Positions 8,838-18,075 are shown, counted from the stretch's first letter. The stretch: DNA of 24,739 nucleotides from an uncultured Deferribacteres bacterium (GCA_964014485.1 CAXHAT010000119.1:1-24739); one strand, 5' to 3'. The notes: a model not told the origin generated them from the sequence alone. A program made the numbers and translations.

Positions 8838-9542
8838 TTAAAACCCGGCCGTGAATACCGCACCGACCAGGATCATAATCAGCCACCATACAACGGCGAC
8901 GGTGATTCCTTTTTGATTGCTGAATTTGTAGGCCGCGCCTATGCCCAGGCCGACCACAATCACCCACCACAACGACAGGAGATCAATCCTTACGAGAAGA
9001 GCGTACAAAAATGATGTGGGGTCATTAGTAGGCGCTAGAAAAACGAGACTGGCAACCGGCTCCATTTTTCCGCTGGCAAGCATGAGCGGCGTTGAAAAAA
9101 TTGTGATGACGGAATAGATAATCCCGGCCCAACAAGTCGTAGAAAACAAGACCTTGAACCGTGATTCTCCGCCTAGAATAAAGTTCCCGGTGAAGAGCAA
9201 AACGGCGGCGATGATAACCGTAAAGAGAGGGCCAAAAACGATGGTGAAAATCGCAAAAAACGGTCCCATTGCTTCCATGACGCCGCGTTGCGCTTCAATC
9301 TGCTGTTCGTTGAGGTCCGGATTATTGGCAAGCTGCGTCATCTGCGCTTCAACGATCAAATCTTGCAAAAACCATGTAGCGACGGCGCCAGCGATTGTAG
9401 AAATAGCTAACGGCAAAAACCAGGTAGGGAACCGAGCAATGTCATCCATTGTCGGTCTCGGCGAAGTGATGACTCCAATGATGCGTGAAAAAGCGCTTGT
9501 TTTGGGTTGATCAAGCTCTTGCGGGTTGGTCGATTCATTCAT
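8838..9542 (-). CDS. Yip1 family membrane protein (YknW-like)
   Basis: 'GVITSPRPTM..I...PTWFLPL' Yip1 N-terminal pattern, about 5 TM segments, strong AGGAGG RBS. Confidence 0.8.
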   Translation of the reverse strand: MNESTNPQELDQPKTSAFSRIIGVITSPRPTMDDIARFPTWFLPLAISTIAGAVATWFLQDLIVEAQMTQLANNPDLNEQQIEAQRGVMEAMGPFFAIFTIVFGPLFTVIIAAVLLFTGNFILGGESRFKVLFSTTCWAGIIYSVITIFSTPLMLASGKMEPVASLVFLAPTNDPTSFLYALLVRIDLLSLWWVIVVGLGIGAAYKFSNQKGITVAVVWWLIMILVGAVFTAGF

Positions 9543-9652
9543 TTTTCCTTCCTCCTTTGGCGGCTTCCGCGAGCGGGCCTCGCGAAAAACAATGATTCTA
9601 AGACGCTAGTGAATTTTTAAAAGTTTCGTTAATGTTTTAACTCGTTTGGGTT

Positions 9653-9730
9653 GGAGCAATGGATTGATAGAATACTGGATTGTTGGACGCACTTTTCCAA
9701 AACTCCAGCAATCTAGTGCTCCAATTCTCC
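9653..9730. repeat. Inverted octamer array (same CCAnnAnT family)
   Basis: GGAGCAAT GGATTGAT AGAATACT GGATTGTT GGA (9653-9687) faces CCAAAACT CCAGCAAT CTAGTGCT CCAATTCT CC (9697-9730). Confidence 0.7.
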
Positions 9731-9754
9731 GAAATTGTCACGTCAACCCAAGAG

Positions 9755-11173
9755 TTATTCTTTTTCTCTTAAGTTCAAAAGATACGCCTTGGCGGCGTTG
9801 TAGTCGTTGGGGATTTCGCCGTCAAGTATAGCTTCTTCGATTTGCTTCTTCATTTTGCCGACCAAAGGCCCGGGCGGAATTTCAAGAAGCTCCATAATCT
9901 CATCACCGCGCACCGGCGATTGAAATGCGCGCATCTGATCCGCGGCTTCCACTTCTTCCAGTCTGCGCACGACAAAATCGAAATTCTCAAGGTGTCGTTT
10001 GCGGCGCTCTTCGTTCTGGCTGGTAATATCCGCGCGGCAAAGCGTCAGCAAATCTTCCAATTCATCGCCGGCCTGAAAAAGCAGTCGGCGATATGCTGAA
10101 TCGGTGCATTCCTCTTCCGTTAAGGCAATCGGCCTTAAGTGCAGTCGCGTCAACTTTTGTACATATTTCGCCCACTCGCCAGAAAGCCGAAAGCGTCGGA
10201 AAATTTTGGGAATCATTCGTGCGCCGACGTCTTCGTGCCCGTGAAAGCTCCAGCCTTTGCCTTTGTGGAATGCTTTTGTTTGCGGTTTTGCAATATCGTG
10301 AAAAATAGCGGCCAAACGCAACGGAACAGTGTCGGAAACGGCGGATATGTTGTCCAAAACCTGCAGCGTGTGATAAAAAACGTCCTTGTGGAAAAAACCG
10401 TCCCGACCTTCCACACCTTTGAGCGCAACAAACTCCGGGAAAATGAGTTCCAGCACGCCGGCTTGATCCATTAACAAGAATCCAACGCTCGGCTTCTGCG
10501 AGGAAACGATTTTTAGGAATTCGTCCGTAATGCGCTCTTGCGAGATGATTTGCAAACGATTCTTCACCGCCGACATCGCGTCAAAGGTTTTTTCTTCTAT
10601 TTGAAATTGCAGTTGCGCGGCGAAACGAAGGCCTCGCATAATTCTGAGGGGATCGTCGGAAAAAGTGACGGCAGGTTCAAGCGGGGTTCGAATTAACCGA
10701 TTCGACAAATCCTGCTCGCCGTTGAACGGATCGCGCAGTTCCAGATAATTCTTTTTATTCAAAGAAACGGCCATCGCATTGATGGTAAAATCGCGCCTGG
10801 CCAAATCCGTGAACAAATCGGCAGGCTCAACATCCGGTTTACGAGAATCGCCGCGATAACTCTCTCGCCTGGCGCCGACGAACTCAAGTTGATGACCATC
10901 GTGCTTGATCATCGCCGTACCAAATTTTTTAAAATAGGCGACTTCTCGAGAACGCAACTGTTTCGCAACATGCCGGGCAAAGTCAAGCCCGTCCCCTTCG
11001 ATCACAAAATCAATATCCTTGCTTTCGCGCTTGAGGAAGAAATCGCGCACGAAACCGCCTACCGCGTAAACGCTCGCGTTTGTCTCATGCGCCGCAACTC
11101 CGATTATTTTAAAGATAGGATGATCAGCTAGAGCGCTTAGAGCGCGAGGCGTTTTGGAGGGCTGTGATGACAT
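9755..11173 (-). CDS. cca: CCA tRNA nucleotidyltransferase with HD domain
   Basis: VGGFVRD...KDIDF, DLARRDFTINAMA, DDPLRIMR and HD motif (FHDIAKP). The likely start is ATG 11173 (MSSQPSK) rather than 11299. Confidence 0.88.
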   Translation of the reverse strand: MSSQPSKTPRALSALADHPIFKIIGVAAHETNASVYAVGGFVRDFFLKRESKDIDFVIEGDGLDFARHVAKQLRSREVAYFKKFGTAMIKHDGHQLEFVGARRESYRGDSRKPDVEPADLFTDLARRDFTINAMAVSLNKKNYLELRDPFNGEQDLSNRLIRTPLEPAVTFSDDPLRIMRGLRFAAQLQFQIEEKTFDAMSAVKNRLQIISQERITDEFLKIVSSQKPSVGFLLMDQAGVLELIFPEFVALKGVEGRDGFFHKDVFYHTLQVLDNISAVSDTVPLRLAAIFHDIAKPQTKAFHKGKGWSFHGHEDVGARMIPKIFRRFRLSGEWAKYVQKLTRLHLRPIALTEEECTDSAYRRLLFQAGDELEDLLTLCRADITSQNEERRKRHLENFDFVVRRLEEVEAADQMRAFQSPVRGDEIMELLEIPPGPLVGKMKKQIEEAILDGEIPNDYNAAKAYLLNLREKE

Positions 11174-11789
11174 TGGAAAAGTCGTCGAATGGGGTGTAAG
11201 GAATGGCGTTTTTTTCACAATAACGGGCAAGATCATTTTTTGCAAGCACAATTTCACATTGCTCCGCGCCGCAGCGATCAGACAGTCCGTCGCCAACAAA
11301 CACCGGCGTAAACTCTGGTTTTTTCAAAGTCTCGACATGGTGGCGCTTGCAATTGGCGCACTTGCCGCACGTGTGCTCAGAAAAAGGAAAAACCGGCTTG
11401 ATTTGATCGCCGTTGAAATACTCAAAACGATTGGCGATGACCGGCAGATTTGGGAGATTGCTGCGTTCGAGCAGCGGTGTAATGTAATTCTCGAAACCGT
11501 CGCTGAGCATGATAATTTCGTGACCGTCGGCAGTGAATTGCTTTACAAATTCGGCAAAATACGGGTCGAGCGGTTGATCGGCCAGAAAGTCTGCGAATTC
11601 TTGCGGCGTGACGCGCGTGTCTTTGCATTCCACCAGATAAAGCTCAAGCGAAGAAAGCTCGTCTCGTTTCCAGGCTTCCACGCCAAGCCTGCACGCTTCG
11701 GCGTCTCCGAATTTCGCAAAAAAAGCGTCGCCAACGTCATTCACGGCAATCGTGCCGTCGAAGTCGCAGAAAATTTGGAGTTTTGTCAT
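11124..11789 (-). CDS. MtnX-like HAD-IB family phosphatase
   Basis: CDFDGT motif I, LSDG, C..CK (CGKCANCK) and VGDGLSD motif IV. Confidence 0.85.
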   Translation of the reverse strand: MTKLQIFCDFDGTIAVNDVGDAFFAKFGDAEACRLGVEAWKRDELSSLELYLVECKDTRVTPQEFADFLADQPLDPYFAEFVKQFTADGHEIIMLSDGFENYITPLLERSNLPNLPVIANRFEYFNGDQIKPVFPFSEHTCGKCANCKRHHVETLKKPEFTPVFVGDGLSDRCGAEQCEIVLAKNDLARYCEKNAIPYTPFDDFSNVITALQNASRSKRSS

Positions 11790-11832
11790 GGCTATATTTT
11801 CATGTCTTTCCAGAGAAATCTATTTTGCTTAA

Positions 11833-12079
11833 CTGATGTTACGCGCGGCAACGCACATCCTGAATCCCGAGACAAAAGCCGTCTCATTAGCGCCGGGCTT
11901 CAGCCCGGTGATGCGCAAAATGCCCATTTTCCCCCTCTTCCACCGCGCCAGCGCGGCGGAAGAGATGGGGCGGCTGTCTTCCTTCAAAAATCTCCGCTCT
12001 GAAGAACCGAGCTAATGAGAATCAAAAGTTGCCCTCGGACTTTGATCGCGCGTGTCAAACGATGCGTGCGTAACATCAG
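11833..12079. mobile_element. Non-autonomous 247-bp TIR element (MITE-like) with target-site duplication
   Basis: Ends are CTGATGTTACGCGCG / CGTGCGTAACATCAG (14/15 IR); TTGCTTAA is directly repeated at 11825-11832 and 12080-12087. Confidence 0.7.
11882..12020. repeat. REPIN-like inverted REP doublet with central GC-rich hairpin
   Basis: TCTCATTAGCGCCGGGCTTCAGCCCGGTGAT (11882-11912) and an inverted degenerate copy TCTCATTAGCTCGGTTCTTCAGAGCGGAGAT (12020-11990); central hairpin CTCTTCCACCGCGCCAGCGCGGCGGAAGAG (11935-11964). Confidence 0.7.
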
Positions 12080-12101
12080 TTGCTTAAGCGTTGAATAATA
12101 C

Positions 12102-12138
12102 AAAAACAAAACGCCCGCCGAAATTCGACGAGCGTTTT
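12102..12138 (-). terminator. Rho-independent terminator of ppdK
   Basis: Minus strand reads AAAACGCTCGTCGAA-T-TTCGGCGGGCGTTTTGTTTTT; the mismatches become G-U pairs only on the minus strand. Confidence 0.8.
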
Positions 12139-12169
12139 CTCAAAAGCGTCCTTTAGGTGAAAAGAAAAG

Positions 12170-14878
12170 CTAGGCGTTTTCCAACACAGCCTGAGCCGCC
12201 GCCAACCTTGCAATCGGCACGCGGAACGGTGAACAACTCACATAGTTCAAGCCAAGCTTGTGGCAAAACTTGACGGATTTGGGTTCGCCGCCATGTTCGC
12301 CGCAAATGCCGATCTTGAGTTCTTCTCTCGTTTCACGGCCTTTTGCAACGCCCCACTCCATCAGCGCGCCGACGCCTTCCTGGTCGATGCTTTCGAACGG
12401 ATCCGCCGGGAGAATTTCCATTTCCACATAGTCGTGCAGAAATCTTCCTGCGTCATCGCGGGAAAGACCGAAAGCCGTCTGGGTTAAATCATTGGTGCCG
12501 AAGCTGAAAAACTCAGCGACTTCCGCGATTTGGCCGGCGGTCACGCATGCGCGCGGAAGCTCGATCATCGTACCGACGAGATAATCAACTTCAATGCCTT
12601 GCTCTTCAAAAACTTTGGCCGCCACTGCGCGACAAGATTGCTCTTGCAGCTTCAATTCGTTGACATGGCCAACGAGCGGAATCATAATTTCCGGAATCAC
12701 GTCAACGCCGTCTTTTTTTACTTCGCAGGCCGCTTCCAGAATGGCGCGCGCTTGCATTTCCGTAATCTCCGGGTAGATGATCCCGAGACGGCAACCGCGA
12801 TGGCCGAGCATCGGGTTGAATTCGTGCAGACTGTCGATTTTGGCCTGCAAGCGCTCAACGCTCACGTCCATTTTTCCGGCCAATTCACGAGTCTCTTTTT
12901 CCGTATGCGGCAGAAATTCGTGCAAAGGCGGATCGAGCAGACGGATCGTTACAGGCTTCCCGTCCATTTCTTTAAAGATGCCCTTGAAATCATCGCGTTG
13001 CATTGGCAGCAAGTGCGAAAGCGCTTCGCGACGACCTTCTTCCTCGTTTGAAAGAATCATTTCACGAACATGATCGATGCGCTCGCCTTCAAAAAACATG
13101 TGTTCGGTGCGGCAAAGCCCGATGCCTTCCGCGCCAAATGCGATGGCGTTTGCCGATTGATCCGGCTGGTCGGCGTTGGTGCGAATGCGCAGCTTGCGCA
13201 CTTCGTCAGCCCAAGTCATGATTTCGGAGTAAGTATGAAAAACGTCGGAGTCTTCGGGCTTCATTGTTTTGCTCAACAAGACCTGGAGCACTTCCGAGTC
13301 TTTGGTCTCGAGATGGCCTTTCATGACCTCACCGGTCGAGCCGTCAATGGAAACCCAATCGCCTTCTTTCAAAACCGTTTCGCCGACGCGCATTTCACGC
13401 GTGCGGTAATCGATTTCCAAAACTTCGCAGCCAACAACGCAAACCTTGCCCATCTGACGACCAACCAAAGCCGCGTGGGACGTCATTCCGCCGCGCGCGG
13501 TTAAAATGCCTTCAGCGGCGTGCATGCCCTTAATGTCTTCCGGCGAAGTTTCGATGCGGACAAGAATAATATCATCGCCGTTTTTCGCCATTTCAACGGC
13601 GTCGTTCGCATTGAAAGCGATTTTCCCGCTTGCGGCTCCAGGGCCGGCGTTCAAGCCTTTGGCCAATAAACCGCCGCCGCCAATCAGATTCGATTTTTCT
13701 TGAGCGTCAAAAATTGGGCGCAATAATTGGTTAAGCTGGTTCGGCTCGACGCGCAAAAGCGCTTCATTCTTTGTGATCAAGCTTTCTTCAACCATGTCTA
13801 CAGCAATTTTGAAGGCGGCAAAACCGGTGCGCTTTCCAACGCGCGTTTGCAGCATCCAGAGTTTGCGATTTTGTACGGTAAACTCAAAATCCTGCATGTC
13901 GCGATAATGCTTTTCAAGCTTTGAAGAAATTTCTGAAAGCTCCTTGAAGGCTTCGGGCATTTCCTCGGCCATCTTATCGATAGGGTGCGGGGTGCGCGTA
14001 CCCGCGACGACGTCTTCACCTTGCGCGTTGATCAAATATTCGCCGTACATCACATTTTCGCCGCTTGCCGGGTCGCGCGTAAAACCGACGCCGGTGCCGC
14101 AATCGTCGCCCATGTTGCCGTAAACCATGGATTGTACATTGACGGCCGTGCCCCACTCAACAGGAATGTCGTTGAGCTTGCGATACACAACCGCACGCTC
14201 ATTGTCCCAGGAACCAAACACTGCGCCGACAGCGCCCCAAAGTTGATCCATTGGATTTTCGGGAAATTCTTGATCCGTGTTTTCTTTGATCGCAACCTTG
14301 AACTCAGAAACCAGCTCTTTGAGGTCGTCCGCCGTTAATTCCGTGTCGAATTTTACGCCGCGATCATGCTTCTTTTTCTCAAGGATTTCTTCAAAAGGGT
14401 CAATGTCGTCATCGGATTCAGGCTTCATACCCAGAACAACATCGCCGTACATTTGGACGAAGCGACGGTAGCAGTCGTAAGCGAAACGCGGGTTGTTGGT
14501 TTTAGCAATCAGACCCTGAACGGTCGTGTCATTCAGGCCGAGGTTCAAAACCGTGTCCATCATGCCCGGCATTGAAACGCGAGCGCCGCTGCGCACGGAA
14601 ACAAGCAACGGGTTCTCAGCATCGCCGAACCTGGCTTCCATTACGTTTTCAACGCTGCGCATCGCGCCTTGAACTTCTTCGTCCAGGCTTTCGGGAAATT
14701 GCCGATTATTTTCGTAAAACTTGGTACAGACTTCGGTGGTTATTGTGAATCCCGCCGGGACAGGCAAGCCGAGATTCGCCATTTCGGCAAGGTTGGCTCC
14801 TTTGCCTCCGAGAAGGTTTTTCATTTCTGCTTTGCCTTCAGCGGAGCCTCCGCCAAAGCTGTAAACGTACTTTTCCAT
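12170..14878 (-). CDS. ppdK: Pyruvate, phosphate dikinase
   Basis: [28 protein letters not shown], phospho-His motif [35 protein letters not shown]; 902 aa. Confidence 0.98.
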   Translation of the reverse strand: MEKYVYSFGGGSAEGKAEMKNLLGGKGANLAEMANLGLPVPAGFTITTEVCTKFYENNRQFPESLDEEVQGAMRSVENVMEARFGDAENPLLVSVRSGARVSMPGMMDTVLNLGLNDTTVQGLIAKTNNPRFAYDCYRRFVQMYGDVVLGMKPESDDDIDPFEEILEKKKHDRGVKFDTELTADDLKELVSEFKVAIKENTDQEFPENPMDQLWGAVGAVFGSWDNERAVVYRKLNDIPVEWGTAVNVQSMVYGNMGDDCGTGVGFTRDPASGENVMYGEYLINAQGEDVVAGTRTPHPIDKMAEEMPEAFKELSEISSKLEKHYRDMQDFEFTVQNRKLWMLQTRVGKRTGFAAFKIAVDMVEESLITKNEALLRVEPNQLNQLLRPIFDAQEKSNLIGGGGLLAKGLNAGPGAASGKIAFNANDAVEMAKNGDDIILVRIETSPEDIKGMHAAEGILTARGGMTSHAALVGRQMGKVCVVGCEVLEIDYRTREMRVGETVLKEGDWVSIDGSTGEVMKGHLETKDSEVLQVLLSKTMKPEDSDVFHTYSEIMTWADEVRKLRIRTNADQPDQSANAIAFGAEGIGLCRTEHMFFEGERIDHVREMILSNEEEGRREALSHLLPMQRDDFKGIFKEMDGKPVTIRLLDPPLHEFLPHTEKETRELAGKMDVSVERLQAKIDSLHEFNPMLGHRGCRLGIIYPEITEMQARAILEAACEVKKDGVDVIPEIMIPLVGHVNELKLQEQSCRAVAAKVFEEQGIEVDYLVGTMIELPRACVTAGQIAEVAEFFSFGTNDLTQTAFGLSRDDAGRFLHDYVEMEILPADPFESIDQEGVGALMEWGVAKGRETREELKIGICGEHGGEPKSVKFCHKLGLNYVSCSPFRVPIARLAAAQAVLENA

Positions 14879-15153
14879 CTGTGTTCCTTACTCCAGAATT
14901 TTTTGGATGAATAATAATATGGAGAGACGCATCTGGATTTCCTTCCTTTTTTCTACGCCCGCTCAAATCTATTTTGCCGAACTATTCGCTGAGGCGTGCG
15001 CCTAAATTGGCTATCATTCGACAGAACACTTTTTGAGTCTCGATTAGCGGGATTGTATCAATCGGAAGCGAGAACTTAATGAGCGACGACGCGCAATGAG
15101 CAATTCCGAAAGCGCTGGTGTGGCGGCTTCGTAAATCCAGATGGTCAAGCGGT

Positions 15154-16833
15154 TTATTTTCTTTTCAAAATAGCTTCGTAACGTTCCGTGTTTTTTAGAA
15201 TATCGAGGGCTTCCTTTAGATCATTGTCTTGACTGAAACTGACTTCGATTTTGGATTTCGTTCCCCAAAGCTTCGCGCTGATTTCCATTGCCAGTTCATG
15301 CTTGATAAATTCTATGTTTTCCTGAAAATAATCACGTTCGCTGGCTGCGATTTGCGCTTCAAGCGCGTTGAGCGAATCGTCTAACTTCTCTCCGAGAGCA
15401 TTGCTTTTCGCCGCTTCACGCAAAGCTTCCAATTGTTCGCGAACTTCTGAATTAAATTCGAAATCGCGATCCTTGAGAAACTTCTTAAAATCGTTGAGCA
15501 TTTCTTGCGTAATTTGAAAGTCTTTTGAGAGGTTTTCGTGCGTGTTGGCGTAGAGTGAAGCGTAGTTGAACATCATCGACTGCCTGATCAACGCCGCCTG
15601 ATAATCCGTCAGCGTATCGGCCTCCACCATAACGTCCGGATGAACGCCGCCGCCGCCTTCAACCCCTCTGCCCGCCGCCGTCGAGAAGGCGAAAGTGCTG
15701 TCCACACGCGGCAAAGAGCTGTCTGTAAATTCCAGCAAAATGTCTTGAGAATACTTTTCTCTCTGGATCAGCCGCCCGCTGGGCAGGTAATATTTTGCGG
15801 TGGTGAGCTTAAGATTTGCATCCCGTGTCAAACCGACCACGCTTTGCACCAAACCCTTGCCAAAACTGGATCGTCCGACAAGCACGCCGCGATCTAAATC
15901 CTGAACGGCCCCGCTGACGATCTCGGAGGCGGAAGCGCTAAATCCGTTGATCATCACGACCAGCGGCAAAGCGCCCAAAACCGCGGATTGCTCAGAAAAA
16001 TATTCTTGCATCGTTTCTTCAACTTTTCCCTTGGTCGAAACGATCAACTCGCCTTTTGAAACGAGAGCGTCCGAGACGGCCACGGCGGCTTCAAGAAGTC
16101 CGCCCGGGTTGTTCCGCAAATCGAGAATGAGGCCTTGCATGCCTTGCTGGTTTAGATCGCGAATCGCATTTCTGATTTCGCGCCCGGCGTTGCGCGTAAA
16201 GCGAGTGAGTTTTATGTAGCCGACTCTCTCATCAACTAAACCGGCGTATTCAATATCGTTGACGACTATTTCTGCGCGAACAAGACGAAACTCAAGCGGC
16301 TCCGGCTCGCCTTCGCGGCTAATTTTGATGTTGACCGTCGTGCCTTTTTCGCCGCGCAATTTTGGAGCGACCTCGCTCGAGCTCATACCTTTGACGTTGA
16401 CGCCTTCGATTTCAATAATCTTGTCGCCTTCGCGTATGCCCGCCTTCATCGCCGGGGTGCCTTCGTAAGGCGGCTCAACGACTGTGGGAAAACCGTCCTG
16501 GCGCGTCCCGACCAACATGCCGACGCCGCCGTACTTGCCTTGCGTAATGATTTGCAGTTGGACGTTGTCGTCGCGTTCAATCAAGACTGTGTAAGGATCG
16601 ACCGCGTCGAGCATGGCGTTAATGCCAACCCGCATAAGTTTTTCAGGGTCGATGTTTTCAACATATTTGTGCGCAATGTGCTTGTACACTTCGCCGAAGA
16701 GAATCGTGTTTTTGCGCACTTTGTTGAGATAGTCTTTTTCGCTCTCGTTTCCGCGTGAAGAAAACGATGCGCTCACGCCCAGAACGCAAATGACAAGCAG
16801 CGAAATTGATATAAGTTTTTTCTTTAAGGGCAT
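15154..16833 (-). CDS. S41 family carboxyl-terminal processing protease (PDZ + peptidase)
   Basis: Signal peptide, DPYT, PDZ (GKYGGVGM...GIREGDKI), DLRNNPGGLL, catalytic SASASE, FGKGLVQ. Confidence 0.93.
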   Translation of the reverse strand: MPLKKKLISISLLVICVLGVSASFSSRGNESEKDYLNKVRKNTILFGEVYKHIAHKYVENIDPEKLMRVGINAMLDAVDPYTVLIERDDNVQLQIITQGKYGGVGMLVGTRQDGFPTVVEPPYEGTPAMKAGIREGDKIIEIEGVNVKGMSSSEVAPKLRGEKGTTVNIKISREGEPEPLEFRLVRAEIVVNDIEYAGLVDERVGYIKLTRFTRNAGREIRNAIRDLNQQGMQGLILDLRNNPGGLLEAAVAVSDALVSKGELIVSTKGKVEETMQEYFSEQSAVLGALPLVVMINGFSASASEIVSGAVQDLDRGVLVGRSSFGKGLVQSVVGLTRDANLKLTTAKYYLPSGRLIQREKYSQDILLEFTDSSLPRVDSTFAFSTAAGRGVEGGGGVHPDVMVEADTLTDYQAALIRQSMMFNYASLYANTHENLSKDFQITQEMLNDFKKFLKDRDFEFNSEVREQLEALREAAKSNALGEKLDDSLNALEAQIAASERDYFQENIEFIKHELAMEISAKLWGTKSKIEVSFSQDNDLKEALDILKNTERYEAILKRK

Positions 16834-16834
16834 T

Positions 16835-17230
16835 TTAATGCTCCGGCTTGGGAAAAGTCAGATTTTCTATTCGCGAAAAGTGTTTCTTGTTGAGTGTTTG
16901 AAGCGGTAAGTTGTTTGAAATTGCAGTTGCGGCTATAAAAATGTCAGGCAGTGAAATGAGCTTATTTTTCATTTTTAAATCGAGAAAAATTCTGACCGCA
17001 ATTGCTACACACTTTGAGTCAAAGGGCAAAACGGACAGTTTTGTCGTTAAGTTTTGGATAAACTTAACGTTCTTCGGATTGGCTCCAACCAAAAATTCAA
17101 ATTGAGTAATTGTGGAAATCAAACAACTGTATTTTAAGGACAAGTTGAAAAATACGGTTTTGTCTTTTCGCTTCTTGCGCACATGATCAATTAACACAGA
17201 AGTGTCTACTAAAATTCGTTGATGTTCCAT
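16835..17230 (-). CDS. vapC: Type II toxin-antitoxin VapC (PIN domain) toxin
   Basis: ILVDTSVLID, E in TQFEF, DIFIAATA and TLNKKHF: the PIN motif set; 131 aa. Confidence 0.9.
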   Translation of the reverse strand: MEHQRILVDTSVLIDHVRKKRKDKTVFFNLSLKYSCLISTITQFEFLVGANPKNVKFIQNLTTKLSVLPFDSKCVAIAVRIFLDLKMKNKLISLPDIFIAATAISNNLPLQTLNKKHFSRIENLTFPKPEH

Positions 17231-17439
17231 TTACTCATCCATTCCCGTACGCGCTCGAATTCCTTCAATTCGTCATCTGATAGAGTCGGCGCATCTAAAA
17301 GCAAATCCGATAAACCTTGTTCTTTCTCTTCTTCTATCGGCAAGATAATAATTTCAACTTTTTGGGACGGAAAATCGAGAGGCAAATCAATGGTCACAGC
17401 GCCCGCCTCTACATTCTGGATTTTTCTAATTGCAACCAT
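17209..17439 (-). CDS. Putative cognate antitoxin
   Basis: 76-aa acidic protein overlapping the vapC start by 22 bp, with a beta-rich N-terminus (GAVTIDLP...KVEIIILP) and an acidic helical C-terminus. Confidence 0.65.
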   Translation of the reverse strand: MVAIRKIQNVEAGAVTIDLPLDFPSQKVEIIILPIEEEKEQGLSDLLLDAPTLSDDELKEFERVREWMSKWNINEF

Positions 17440-17454
17440 TTTTCTTTAGTTTGT

Positions 17455-18075
17455 TTAAAGACGCCGTTGCAGAATCAAATCTATCTTATTTTCTATTTCA
17501 CCAATACTACATTTTCCATCGAGAACAACATACCGATGTTTTTCCTTTTTTGCAATGTCCAGATAAGCTTGGCGAATGTTCTGGTAGAATTCCACCGCTT
17601 CGATTTCCAAACGATCTTTTTGCTTCCCGCCCGCAATCCGGCGCTCTTCCGCAATTTCAACCGGCAGATCAATCAGGAACGTGCAGTCTGGCTCGAGGCC
17701 TTGCGTGGCAATTTTATTGACGGCTGTTGTGAAGCTTAAGTCTATTTTACGCCCATATCCTTGATATGCGGTCGTTGAATCGATGTAGCGGTCACAAACT
17801 ACAATTTTTCCGTTAGCCAGGGCTGGTTTGATTTGTTCAGCCACGATTTGCGCTCGCGCCGCGCCATAAAGCAAAAGCTCCGTGTGTTTGTGCATTTCAA
17901 CAAATCGATTGTCCAATAAAATATCGCGCACCGCTTCAGAAATCGCCGTGCCGCCGGGCTCACGCACAAACAGCACCTCACGCCCGGCCTGTGATAAGCG
18001 CTCCGTCAATTTTTGCGCTTGCGTCGATTTCCCGCAAAAATCAACGCCTTCGAATGTGATAAATAACCCAGACAT
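17455..18075 (-). CDS. tmk: Thymidylate (dTMP) kinase
   Basis: FITFEGVDFCGKSTQ P-loop, REPGGT, CDRY..ST.AYQG. Confidence 0.96.
   Translation of the reverse strand: MSGLFITFEGVDFCGKSTQAQKLTERLSQAGREVLFVREPGGTAISEAVRDILLDNRFVEMHKHTELLLYGAARAQIVAEQIKPALANGKIVVCDRYIDSTTAYQGYGRKIDLSFTTAVNKIATQGLEPDCTFLIDLPVEIAEERRIAGGKQKDRLEIEAVEFYQNIRQAYLDIAKKEKHRYVVLDGKCSIGEIENKIDLILQRRL

Noticed and set aside
9568..9584. CGCGAG/CTCGCG hairpin upstream of Yip1 as a terminator
   Set aside because: It is short and has no U-tract 3' of the stem on either strand.
6591..9831. ORFs 6591-6803 and 9646-9831, and a CRISPR reading of the octamer arrays
   Set aside because: The ORFs simply read through the repeats; the units are 8 bp with no spacers, and there are no cas genes.
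9755..11173. Poly(A) polymerase (pcnB) assignment
   Set aside because: It lacks the PAP-specific [LIV][LIV]G[RK]RF signature and has an HD domain, which fits a CCA-type enzyme.
11174..11299. 42-aa N-terminal extension of the CCA enzyme in the ORF track
   Set aside because: It lies inside the HAD gene; ATG 11173 gives a normal-length protein.
11154..12002. 282-aa + strand ORF
   Set aside because: Antisense shadow of the HAD gene running into the repeat element; no recognisable domain.
11838..12074. GTTACGC/GCGTAAC as integron attC core sites
   Set aside because: The orientation is opposite to RYYYAAC...GTTRRRY, the span is too long, and there is no integrase or cassette array.
12260..14914. 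Multiple + strand ORFs opposite ppdK (and similar ones opposite the flotillin, MATE and ino1 genes)
   Set aside because: Typical antisense shadows caused by codon bias of the real genes.
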